The notes under the pieces: generated by a model
The model's input: the letters and a program-made list of their open reading frames with translations, nothing else
What the model was told of the DNA's origin: nothing
The model's database searches: none
Position numbers and translations under genes: made by a program
Part shown: piece by piece, positions 9,525 through 17,919 of the stretch
Numbering within the stretch: position 1 is the first letter of the stretch
How the letters are laid out: every line of letters begins with the position of its first letter
NCBI GenBank assembly: GCA_031316235.1
Contig: JALDRA010000002.1
Span: forward strand, 60,001 to 92,000
Direction of reading: 5' to 3'
From: Candidatus Scalindua sp.
GTDB lineage: Bacteria > Planctomycetota > Brocadiia > Brocadiales > Scalinduaceae
Length of the DNA stretch: 32,000 nt

Positions 9525-10208
9525 TTATCTTTTTTTACCGCCGGCAGGATTACCGGTTAATCTTCGAACGTATACGTTGTTTGCAATATCCTTATCCAGT
9601 GCCAGCTGTGTTTCTCCAAACTGGATGACGATGCTGGGGTATTTTTGATGAACCGTCAGTTCCAATCCCGGAATAACTCCGATAGAGGAAAGTCTATCCA
9701 GACTTGCATGTTGTCGCGTTGTAATATAAGCGACCTTGGCCCGTTCACCAGCTTTCAATTTCGACAACGGGCTTACCACGGATTCCAGGGCTTTCTTCGC
9801 ACCCAGACAGCAATCTCCCGGAGGAATCTTTTTCCCATGCGGACACACAACAGGGTGACCAAGTAACGTGCAGATGCTCGCAATAATTTCTTCATTTACA
9901 AAGTGTTCAAATTGACAAGCCCCGCTTTCAAGCACATCATCACCAATCTCAAGTACGTCATTCATTAAGCGTTCAGCTATACGGTGACGCCTGATAATTC
10001 GCTGTGCACGGTCTCTCCCTGTTTCAGTCAGAACAATCTGAGTACCATCAAGATAAATTAATTTTTTCTTATCCATGATATCGAGGAATTTTCCAGCAAT
10101 TGTGCATCCGAACTTTTCATCCATGTATGTCCGCTTCACGTTACCGTGATCCTCTTCCGCCATCCAGATAGACTCTAAAAGCTCTTCAATTTGTATTTCA
10201 TCAGACAT
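9525..10208 (-). CDS. DtxR/MntR-family metal-dependent transcriptional regulator with a C-terminal FeoA (SH3-like) domain
   Basis: HRIAERLMNDVLEIG and CPHGKKIP are DtxR-family motifs. The C-terminal LKAGERAKV...GVIPGLELTV is FeoA-like. I place the start at ATG 10208 because AAGAGGAG lies 8 nt upstream. The longest ORF starts at GTG 10238. Confidence 0.8.
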   Translation of the reverse strand: MSDEIQIEELLESIWMAEEDHGNVKRTYMDEKFGCTIAGKFLDIMDKKKLIYLDGTQIVLTETGRDRAQRIIRRHRIAERLMNDVLEIGDDVLESGACQFEHFVNEEIIASICTLLGHPVVCPHGKKIPPGDCCLGAKKALESVVSPLSKLKAGERAKVAYITTRQHASLDRLSSIGVIPGLELTVHQKYPSIVIQFGETQLALDKDIANNVYVRRLTGNPAGGKKR

Positions 10209-10262
10209 ACAGAAAATTCTCCTCTTAAAAAAATTCACAAATTACACAAAAATGCCCCATGG

Positions 10263-10276
10263 TATACTCATCTCAG
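10263..10276 (-). repeat. Partial TATAC-element terminus (3'-end fragment only)
   Basis: TATACTCATCTCAG matches the reverse-complemented 3' terminus of the element (compare TATACTCATCTCAT at 22501). The adjacent sequence no longer aligns. Confidence 0.4.
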
Positions 10277-10333
10277 ACTTCACGAGAACAAAACGCGGTG
10301 TTTATCCCTGGAACCTGAGCTGCGAAGACATAA

Positions 10334-12877
10334 TCACTCCGGAAAAACACTATTGATACATCTTGTAAATTCCACAAAATCAATTGGCTTATTAACAACA
10401 AAGTCCACCTTTAACTCCTCTCTTTCTGCATCCCGGATCTTGAAGCTCCAACCAGTAATAATACCCACCTTTGGTCTTGTACTCAAGGTATCAAGAAATT
10501 CAATAACGTCTCTTCCAGTCACATCCGGCATAACCAGACCACACAGAACAAGGTCAAAACTTTCATTTTCCAACGACTTAATCGCCTCTCGACCACAGCA
10601 GACACTTTTAGCATAATGCCCCCTGGAGGTCAAAAACTCAGATAAAAATTCGCAGATGTATTGCTCATCATCTACCACCAGGACACGCAGATGATCTGCT
10701 TTTATCTCCTGCATCGGTTTTTGTACGTTTTCACGATCTGAGGGCCTGGATATGGGTATGCAGATGGTAAAGGTACTGCCACTCCCCAGCTCACTCTCCA
10801 CCTCTATCCGGCCTCCATGCCTTTTTATTATGGCAAAAGCGGAACTCAGCCCCAGACCGCTTCCCTCAGGCTGCCTGGTGGAAAAAAAGGGATCAAACAC
10901 CTTCTTCTGTATGTTTCCACACATTCCCTGCCCGGTATCAGCAATGCTTATAAACAAATTGCCATACTCCTTCCACGTGCGCAACGAAAGAGTACCGCCA
11001 TCAGGCATTGCATCTAATGCGTTATTTATTATATTTGTAAATACCTCCCTTAACTCAGAAGGGTTACCCATTGTACGTGGTACTGCCCTGACGCCTTTCA
11101 GATCTATGCAGTAGATTATCCCGCTGGCCAGGGCCATATTCTTCCATCTCGGCATGGTAAAATCAATTACCTTCTTTACCAGTGCCCTTATGTCTACCGG
11201 CGTCAACTTTGAAGGATCTTTCTTTAAATTGGTAAAATCCTGCATCCTCTGCACTATACCGGCACCATCATTCGCAGCATCAATAATGATTTGAATCCCC
11301 TTCTCCAGCTTTTTATAGTCACCCCTGGGTCTTTTTTTTAATAATTGCGCAAACCCCAGGATTATGGCAAGAATATTATTAAATTCATGGGCAATGCCGG
11401 CAGTCATTACCCCCATGGCTGCTAACTTCTCTGATTGCATCAGTGCGGCTTCCACCTGTTTACGTTCAGTAATGTCTTCCGCAATTCCTTCTACGGCAAT
11501 AACGTTATTATCCTTGTCAAAAACCGGAACCTCCTGAACATTCAAAATCCGTATCGATCCGTCCTTGTGGTAGATCTCCACAGGGTAAGCAGGTTGTTTT
11601 ATCCCTTGAATGCTGAGCCCGGTATAACGTATCACTTTCTCATTGATTGAATTGTCTGTAAGATATTCAGTATAATGGGTAAGAAATTCACTCTGTGTGT
11701 AACCGAGAATATTAGTGATTGAAGAGCTGAGAAAGGTAAAGACACCCTCTTTATTGTGAGAGTAGAAAAAGTAGCTGTCCTGAAGATTTTCTATCAGCCT
11801 TCGATATTTCTGTTCTGACTCGCGTAAAGCATATTCCATCTGCTTCCGCCCGGTTATGTCCGTTGAAATACCACATATCCTGTCAGGAATCCCATATGAG
11901 TCAAAAAGTGGGAATTTTATAGTAATATAGGTGTGTAATTCCTCATCATGAGGAAAAATTTCTTCGAATTCCTGTGGTGTACCTGCATCGAAAACTTTAC
12001 GGTCATTTGCCTGAAGTGTTTCAGCCAGATCTTCCGGGAACAGATCCTTGTCAGTCCTGCCCACAATAGCCTTCCTGCTCACGTGAAACAGTTTTTCGTA
12101 TTGACGGTTTATTACGAGGTATCTCCCCTCTTTGTTTTTGAGATAAATAACAGCAGTGGTGTTATCCAAAATTGATTGCAGTTCATCCTGCGCATCCTTC
12201 AGCAATCTCTCAGCCTTCTTCCGGTTCAGAACCTCAAGACTGAGATTTTTGTTTGTTACCGACAATTCCTCGGTACGCTTTCTTACCCGTTGTTCAAGAG
12301 ATTCGTTGAGTGCAGCAAGTTCATCCTGCATCCGTTTACGCCGGGAGATATCTCGAGCGATACCAACAACACCTGTTATTTCATCTTTTTTATCCCGTAA
12401 TGGAATATTTATATATTCACATAGCAAGCCGGTATCTTTGAAATAGAGTTCATATTGAGGGCTCTCTCCTCTGAGTGTTCTGGTGTAAGCGTCCATCCCT
12501 TTTTCCAGATTCTCCTCATCAAAAAGAGAGGAAAAAGGTTTACCGTAAAATTTTTCGGGTTTGTGCCCGGTAAATTTCTCGAAGACCTTGTTAACATACA
12601 CAATGTTCCCTTTTGTATCACATGCATACGCCAGGTCTGAAATATTATCTATAATTGATTTATACTTTTTTAATTCCTCTTCCATGTAAACAGCACCTGC
12701 ATGGGGTGTCCGCCGCTGGAAACACCTGATTACCCTATTTCTAAAAGTAGTATAATACCGCAATCTTTCTGCGTTAACACTAATAAAATCCTGTGGCATA
12801 TTTTGAGAGAGTAACGGAGGTAAATCCTGATGTGACTTCATTACTGACAGCATAACTATCGCCATCCAGGAAATCAA
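10334..12877 (-). CDS. Hybrid sensor histidine kinase: three PAS domains, HisKA, HATPase_c and a C-terminal receiver-like domain
   Basis: PAS-like repeats separated by a coiled coil; H-box GIAHEFNNILAII; ATPase boxes NIINNALDAM, DTGQGM and GSGLGLS; receiver RVLVVDDE...KP. An alternative start at ATG 12685 (MEEELKKYKS, AGGTG upstream) seems more likely than the longest ORF. Confidence 0.85.
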   Translation of the reverse strand: MISWMAIVMLSVMKSHQDLPPLLSQNMPQDFISVNAERLRYYTTFRNRVIRCFQRRTPHAGAVYMEEELKKYKSIIDNISDLAYACDTKGNIVYVNKVFEKFTGHKPEKFYGKPFSSLFDEENLEKGMDAYTRTLRGESPQYELYFKDTGLLCEYINIPLRDKKDEITGVVGIARDISRRKRMQDELAALNESLEQRVRKRTEELSVTNKNLSLEVLNRKKAERLLKDAQDELQSILDNTTAVIYLKNKEGRYLVINRQYEKLFHVSRKAIVGRTDKDLFPEDLAETLQANDRKVFDAGTPQEFEEIFPHDEELHTYITIKFPLFDSYGIPDRICGISTDITGRKQMEYALRESEQKYRRLIENLQDSYFFYSHNKEGVFTFLSSSITNILGYTQSEFLTHYTEYLTDNSINEKVIRYTGLSIQGIKQPAYPVEIYHKDGSIRILNVQEVPVFDKDNNVIAVEGIAEDITERKQVEAALMQSEKLAAMGVMTAGIAHEFNNILAIILGFAQLLKKRPRGDYKKLEKGIQIIIDAANDGAGIVQRMQDFTNLKKDPSKLTPVDIRALVKKVIDFTMPRWKNMALASGIIYCIDLKGVRAVPRTMGNPSELREVFTNIINNALDAMPDGGTLSLRTWKEYGNLFISIADTGQGMCGNIQKKVFDPFFSTRQPEGSGLGLSSAFAIIKRHGGRIEVESELGSGSTFTICIPISRPSDRENVQKPMQEIKADHLRVLVVDDEQYICEFLSEFLTSRGHYAKSVCCGREAIKSLENESFDLVLCGLVMPDVTGRDVIEFLDTLSTRPKVGIITGWSFKIRDAEREELKVDFVVNKPIDFVEFTRCINSVFPE

Positions 12878-12938
12878 TCCGTCCTGTGACTGCTTTTGTG
12901 GATCGGGATAAAAAGTTGAAATCTTTTACTGGTTTCAG

Positions 12939-13350
12939 CTAATCCTGCTCCAGCATCAAAACCCTTTTTTCCTGTTCTAGTAACTTTTCCCGGCTTCTCT
13001 TCCCCTGAATACTTCTGAATTGTTCCAGTTTTGTCAGGTTAGTCCTAATCATTTCCTCTTCTCGTAATTTCTCTTGAAACTCACCTGATCGAGATCCTCC
13101 TTTTTCGTCAACCCTTCATACAACTCCTGTTCCTGTTGCGTAAGAATACGAATTTGAGCGGAATCTTCATTCCGCAAATTCTCACTTCCTGTTCGATCAT
13201 GTTCTACTCCATTACTCGTCTGTTCAGCCGCTTCCCGCCCTCATCCCCTGATTTCTCATGCTGAAGATACATGGAGAAAGTAATGAGGAGCCACATTACC
13301 GCAATTCCCGTAAGTCCCAGAACCAATCTACTCACTCTTTTCATTGCCAT
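12939..13350 (-). pseudogene. Possible frameshifted gene for a small signal-anchored coiled-coil (LTxxQ-like, Spy/CpxP-type) protein
   Basis: Three consecutive reverse-strand frames read coherently. (1) MAMKRVSRLVLGLTGIAVMWLLITFSMYLQHEKSGDE. (2) EAAEQTS...SAQIRILTQQEQELYEGLTKK. (3) GGSRSGEFQEKLREEEMIRTNLTKLEQFRSIQGKRSREKLLEQEKRVLMLEQD, followed by a stop. The frame changes lie near G/A homopolymer runs. Confidence 0.25.
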
Positions 13351-13805
13351 GCCTCTTTTAAAAAAGTTCCGGATCTAAAAAGCTTCTCAACTGATTTACT
13401 GTTGAATAAATGAACAATTTGAAGAAAATCACCTCCATAACGCTTCCCTACCAGGCCTTCTTACCTCTCCATATATACCATGATAGCCTTCACGTCAACA
13501 GGCTGTTAACTCAACTTTCAGCACAAGGCTGCTGCAATTCATTTGAATCAATATAAATTGGCACGGAAGTTGTTTATAATTGTACCGTAACGAAAATTGT
13601 TATTCAGTTAAAATCTCTCCGGATGAGACGCTGAATAATCTCGGGTTATGCTCCGCATAAAAAAACCTGTTACAAATATTTCGAGGTATAAGATAGTGAG
13701 TTGAGTGTGAGCCATAAGGTACTGTTTATTATACTGAACTATATTCCACCTGTTGTGTAAGATTACCCCTCCAATTTTACTCACCGGGTAGAATAGTCCC
13801 TCCTG

Positions 13806-13860
13806 CTCATGAGTTTTTGTTTCCGTATGATCGCAGCATTCTCCAACAAAAACTCATGAG
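13806..13860. other. Perfect 15-bp inverted repeat (CTCATGAGTTTTTGT / ACAAAAACTCATGAG) with a 25-nt loop
   Basis: Read directly from the sequence. The arms are 13806-13820 and 13846-13860. It ends 7 nt before TATAC-element copy K. Confidence 0.7.
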
Positions 13861-13867
13861 AGAGGGA

Positions 13868-13951
13868 TATACTAAAACCAGAGCCTGGTTAATGGTAGAC
13901 TCGCTCAATTTTTTCCCGATTTTGTCCGAAATCCAGTATGAGATGAGTATA
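13868..13951 (+). repeat. TATAC-element copy K (84 bp, central module deleted)
   Basis: TATACTAAAACCAGAGCCTGGTTAATGGTA is joined directly to GACTCGCTCAATTTTTTCCCGATTTTGTCCGAAATCCAGTATGAGATGAGTATA. Both termini and the flanking modules are retained. Confidence 0.8.
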
Positions 13952-14043
13952 GTATCATTTCATAGTAATTTTTTACCTGAGATTACTGGAAGGCAGCCAT
14001 TCTGAAATTTATTCCCATTCTTACAATCGGGGAGTGATTAAAA

Positions 14044-14163
14044 ATGGAAAAATTAATAGAATATTTGAAGGCAAGAGAAGATATTAGCGTGCTTGAATAT
14101 TTTTTTCTCATGTTTCTTGTAATAGTAGGGATTACGGTTATAATTCTCCGGTATTTAACATAA
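14044..14163 (+). CDS. Candidate small ORF (39 aa), a single-pass membrane peptide with weak resemblance to Flp/Fap pilins
   Basis: MEKLIEYLKAREDISVLEYFFLMFLVIVGITVIILRYLT. GGGGAG lies about 10 nt upstream of the ATG. A charged N-terminus is followed by an EY motif and a hydrophobic helix. There is no Gly at the expected prepilin cleavage position and no tad genes nearby. Confidence 0.25.
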   Translation: MEKLIEYLKAREDISVLEYFFLMFLVIVGITVIILRYLT

Positions 14164-14267
14164 GCAGTGTTTGAACGATAACTACCCATTCTGCGGCGTT
14201 GCTGCAATAATGGCGTAATCCTCACGTACCTGAGTACGCTCCGGTTACGTAATTATTTCGGACCTTG

Positions 14268-14437
14268 TATACTAAAACCGATCTGGTTTTCGGTTTTACC
14301 CGTCCCCGCCAGAATGAGTATCACCTGCCGGAAATCAAATCCTGGTGAAGGTATCCCCGAACAAAAAGCGTGCCGGGGACTTTACCCACTCAGTTTTTTT
14401 CCGGATTTTATCCGAAAACCATCATACGATGAGTATG
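14268..14437 (+). repeat. TATAC-element copy B (170 bp, carries a 44-bp internal replacement)
   Basis: Termini are TATACTAAAACCGATCTGGTTTTCGGTTTT and GGTATCCCCGAACAAAAAGCGTGCCGGGGACTTTACCC...CCGAAAACCATCATACGATGAGTAT. The segment 14298-14341 is not found in other copies. Confidence 0.85.
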
Positions 14438-14632
14438 TATGAAAGAGGAACATCCCGATTCTTTCCTGAATTTATCTGTTGGTTCTCCTGCTCGAATTTT
14501 CGCTTGACTTTTACACTAATTTATGTACATTTACTCCACATCGCCAAAAAAACACAGGATTAACGAGTTTTATCGATTGTTACTTTATCGCCTGTGTGTA
14601 CATACCACATGTGTTTTTCATAATTTTCAAAT

Positions 14633-15538
14633 TTGCTTATAAAGGGCTCGAATTCTTTGGATAAAACTTTAGCCATAAAGACAAAAAATTTGACCAAGGT
14701 ATACAGGAGTTTTTTCGGCAGAAAAAAGGTACTGGCATTAGATAACTTGAACATAGAGGTCGAAGTTGGTGAAATCTTTGGACTGCTCGGACCGAATGGC
14801 TCAGGGAAAACAACTACGATGAAACTCCTTCTGGGATTAATTTTCCCGACTAAGGGGAGCGCCTTTCTCCTGGGAAAAGCAACAAATGATATAAAAACGA
14901 AAAGCAGAATCGGATTTCTCCCGGAAGAATCCTGCTTTTACCGGTTTTTGAATGCAGACGAAACTCTTGATTTTTATGGACAACTGTTCAATATCCCTAA
15001 AAAAGAGCGAAAGATGAGGGCAAATAGACTCATCGAACTCGTTGGGCTGGAATTCGCCAGGAAAAGACCTTTGAGACAATATTCAAAGGGAATGTTGCGA
15101 AGAATAGGTATTGCACAGGCATTGATAAATGATCCCGACCTGGTTATTCTTGATGAACCAACGAGTGGACTCGATCCTATAGGTACAAAAGAGACCAAAG
15201 ATATTATTTCGGAATTAAAAAAGCAGGGAAAAACAGTTCTCCTCTGCTCCCATCTTCTCTCAGACGTTCAAGACGTATGTGATCGGATTGCGATCCTTGA
15301 AAAGGGCACATTGCAGATTTCAGGGACCATCGAAAATCTCCTTTGCCATAAAGACCTGGTAGAGATACTGCTTCGTAATATATCCGATGAAACAATTGAA
15401 GAGATTAAATCGCTTATTACTGAAAAACGTGGTGAAATTGTATCAATAAAGCACCCTTCAAACACCCTTGAAAATCTGTTTTTAAAAATAGTGCAGGAGC
15501 GAAGATCATCTTCCGGCACTATCGTCAACAGGCAGTAA
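14633..15538 (+). CDS. ABC transporter ATP-binding protein (ABC-2 type)
   Basis: Walker [10 protein letters not shown], a signature-like YSKGMLRR, Walker [13 protein letters not shown] and an H-loop CSHLL. The start is uncertain (TTG 14633 or TTG 14657). Confidence 0.9.
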   Translation: MLIKGSNSLDKTLAIKTKNLTKVYRSFFGRKKVLALDNLNIEVEVGEIFGLLGPNGSGKTTTMKLLLGLIFPTKGSAFLLGKATNDIKTKSRIGFLPEESCFYRFLNADETLDFYGQLFNIPKKERKMRANRLIELVGLEFARKRPLRQYSKGMLRRIGIAQALINDPDLVILDEPTSGLDPIGTKETKDIISELKKQGKTVLLCSHLLSDVQDVCDRIAILEKGTLQISGTIENLLCHKDLVEILLRNISDETIEEIKSLITEKRGEIVSIKHPSNTLENLFLKIVQERRSSSGTIVNRQ

Positions 15539-15600
15539 AACAGAACGAACTGCCAATTTTTCATAGTACCACTATACGGCAAAAGCTGAAATAAGAATAA

Positions 15601-15738
15601 ATACTCATCTCATGCTGGATTTCGGAAAAAATCCGAAAAAAAACGGAGCGGGGAAAGTCCTCGACGTCTTGTCCGGGGATACCACTAACAAGACTTTGGT
15701 TTTTAGAAAAATCTAAAAAACAGATCGGTTTTCGTATA
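15601..15738 (-). repeat. TATAC-element copy C (long form), between the ABC ATPase and permease genes
   Basis: The reverse complement reads TATACGAAAACCGATCTGTTTTTTAGATTTTTCTAAAAACCAAAGTCTTGTTAGTGGTATCCCCGGACAAGACGTCGAGGACTTTCCCC...CCGAAATCCAGCATGAGATGAGTAT. Confidence 0.85.
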
Positions 15739-15786
15739 TAACGTATATAATCTGAATATGTGCACCACTATAAATAACTGAACTCC

Positions 15787-17076
15787 ATGCAACAAACGCT
15801 CGTTATAGCAAAGCAAACGTTTAAAGAAGCAGTTCGAAGCAAGATTCTGTACATTTTTATAGCGTTTGGACTGATTACCATTTTCTGCTCCGCATTTATG
15901 CCGGTTGTGAGCGGTGAAAAAATGAAAATTGTGGAATCGGTATGCCTGCGTTCAATCACCTTTTTTGGAATGCTGGCTGCGATGCTGCTCGCCTCATCTT
16001 CTATTCCATCGGACATAGAAGATAAAGTGCTCTGGACGATAACCACGAAACCTGTCAGTCAATACAGCTTTATCCTTGGTAAAGTTACCGGCTTTGTGTA
16101 TGTGATAGGGCTGTTAGTTTTGATATTGGGGTGTGCCAGTTATGTATTGATAAAGGTTATGGCATCATTACAGACGGGTAGCGAGTACCAGGGTTTGACA
16201 GCACGGCAGATGTTTGAGCCGTCGCACCTGAAAATAACCGGAAAATCTGCAAAAAAGAGCGGAGATGTTCATTGGATCGAAGGTGAGAAGGATGGTGCCT
16301 CATCCTGGTTCTTTACAGGATTAACGAATCATACCGCTTCTGATACCATTGAGATTGAGATAAACATGCTTGTAGAAAGCAGAAACAACCGCAGCAAAAA
16401 GATCCCCGCAAAGGTAAAGGTTGTTAACCACTATACGGGGGAATCGCACAAAGAAACGATAACGGTTTCAAATAATAAAGCTTCTGCCTTTCGCCTGGGC
16501 AGTTACACCCCGGGAAGAAGTGGAAATTTAACCATCGTGATCACACCGGAAAATTCCGGTGATTTTCTTGGAATGAGGTCTGAAAGTCTCAGACTCTTTC
16601 TCGGAAAAAAGAGTTTTGAATACAATTTCATCAAGGGGCTTACCGTTATTTCTGCCCAATTTATATTAATGGTAGTAATTGCAACATTAGGGTCCACTTT
16701 TTTTTCCCTGCCCGTCAACATTCTTTTCTGTCTATTTATTTTCTTTTGTGGTAATATCACCGATTTCATGCATGACCTCTCAACGGTTATCAATATTACC
16801 GCTTCAGACGAACACAACCACGATCACGGAATATCGGCTGTTGTAAAAAAACCAGGCATCTTTGTAGTTTTCGTGAATAGTATTATCACAACACCATTGA
16901 AAACTTTAAGTTACATACTACCGAACTTCAAAAATTTCACTATTGAAAATTATTTTGTTGAAAGCATCAACATTCCTGTTAAAAAAGTATTCTTCAGTTT
17001 GAGTTATATGTTCCTGTATATCATATTCTGTTTACCCATATCATTCATAGTCTTTAAAAAAAGGGAATTCGCTTGA
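15787..17076 (+). CDS. ABC-2 family permease-like membrane protein with a large extracytoplasmic loop
   Basis: 429 aa. The N-terminus (LVIAKQTFKEAVRSKILYIFIAF) is typical of ABC-2/NosY-like permeases. Hydrophobic segments flank a hydrophilic insert of about 160 aa. It follows the ABC ATPase on the same strand. Confidence 0.6.
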   Translation: MQQTLVIAKQTFKEAVRSKILYIFIAFGLITIFCSAFMPVVSGEKMKIVESVCLRSITFFGMLAAMLLASSSIPSDIEDKVLWTITTKPVSQYSFILGKVTGFVYVIGLLVLILGCASYVLIKVMASLQTGSEYQGLTARQMFEPSHLKITGKSAKKSGDVHWIEGEKDGASSWFFTGLTNHTASDTIEIEINMLVESRNNRSKKIPAKVKVVNHYTGESHKETITVSNNKASAFRLGSYTPGRSGNLTIVITPENSGDFLGMRSESLRLFLGKKSFEYNFIKGLTVISAQFILMVVIATLGSTFFSLPVNILFCLFIFFCGNITDFMHDLSTVINITASDEHNHDHGISAVVKKPGIFVVFVNSIITTPLKTLSYILPNFKNFTIENYFVESINIPVKKVFFSLSYMFLYIIFCLPISFIVFKKREFA

Positions 17077-17085
17077 GATTTTTAC

Positions 17086-17919
17086 ATGAAAAAATACTCT
17101 TTGCCAAGGGTGGTGATTTCCATCACCATTATGATATCTTTGCTTTTTGGTCTCTCTTTCCTGCAAACTGAGATTCACTCTCTGAGAAGAGGAACACAGG
17201 GAGATTATTTAGATTTTGATCCGACAGAAACAATACCCATAACCCTTTTAGGCAGCTTCAGAGGAGTTCTTGTTGATTTCTTATGGATCAGGGGTATTGC
17301 AAGGCATCAGGAGAAAAAGTATTATGAACTGCTTGCCATAAACAACCTTATTGCAAAACTGCAACCACATTTTCCATCTATCTGGATATTTCAAGCCTGG
17401 AACATGTGCTATAACATTGCCCACGAGTGGGAATCTCCAGAGGATAAGTGGAAATGGATCAGGGCAGGATTAGCATTCGCAGAGAAAGGCGCCGAGAAAA
17501 ATCCTACAAAAGGTGAGTTGTTTTTCGAGATTGGATATATCTATTTTCACAAATTTGATGCAAAAACAATCGAGTTTGCCGACTATTATCGAAAAAGACT
17601 CAAGGAAGATGAAAACAGGGACAATTATGAGCAGGCCTTGTACTGGGTAAGAAAATCGTTACAATACGGCCTGACAACTCATAATAGACTTGCGGTTGAA
17701 AGGACGTTGTGTTATATATTGTGGAGAGCGGCACTTCGAAACGAGAAAGAGGGCGATTTACCTGCAGCTCTGGACTACGCAGAAAGGGCACTGAAGGAAT
17801 GGAAAGAGTATACCGTGAGAAATCCGGACGATCCTGACGAAAGAACGAACGAGATCATAGCAACTATTACAAACAAAAATTTACAACTTAAACAACAGAT
17901 TGAAAGGTACGAAAGATGA
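17086..17919 (+). CDS. Membrane-anchored, Trp-rich helical-repeat protein, function unknown
   Basis: 277 aa with a single N-terminal hydrophobic anchor followed by predicted helical content. It starts 10 nt after the permease stop, and its stop overlaps the next start (ATGA). Confidence 0.6.
   Translation: MKKYSLPRVVISITIMISLLFGLSFLQTEIHSLRRGTQGDYLDFDPTETIPITLLGSFRGVLVDFLWIRGIARHQEKKYYELLAINNLIAKLQPHFPSIWIFQAWNMCYNIAHEWESPEDKWKWIRAGLAFAEKGAEKNPTKGELFFEIGYIYFHKFDAKTIEFADYYRKRLKEDENRDNYEQALYWVRKSLQYGLTTHNRLAVERTLCYILWRAALRNEKEGDLPAALDYAERALKEWKEYTVRNPDDPDERTNEIIATITNKNLQLKQQIERYER

Noticed and set aside
13559-13575. A second sigma54-like motif, TGGCACGGAAGTTGTTT, on the plus strand.
   Set aside because: The mismatch falls on the near-invariant -12 GC (GT here). 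The nearest downstream plus-strand gene start is more than 450 nt away. It is kept only as a note inside the non-coding-region finding.
15640-15662. GGGGAAAGTCCTCG resembles the conserved GGAAAGTCC box of RNase P RNA.
   Set aside because: It is simply the reverse complement of the element's CGAGGACTTT(A/C)CCC block, which is present in every copy. No other RNase P features are present.
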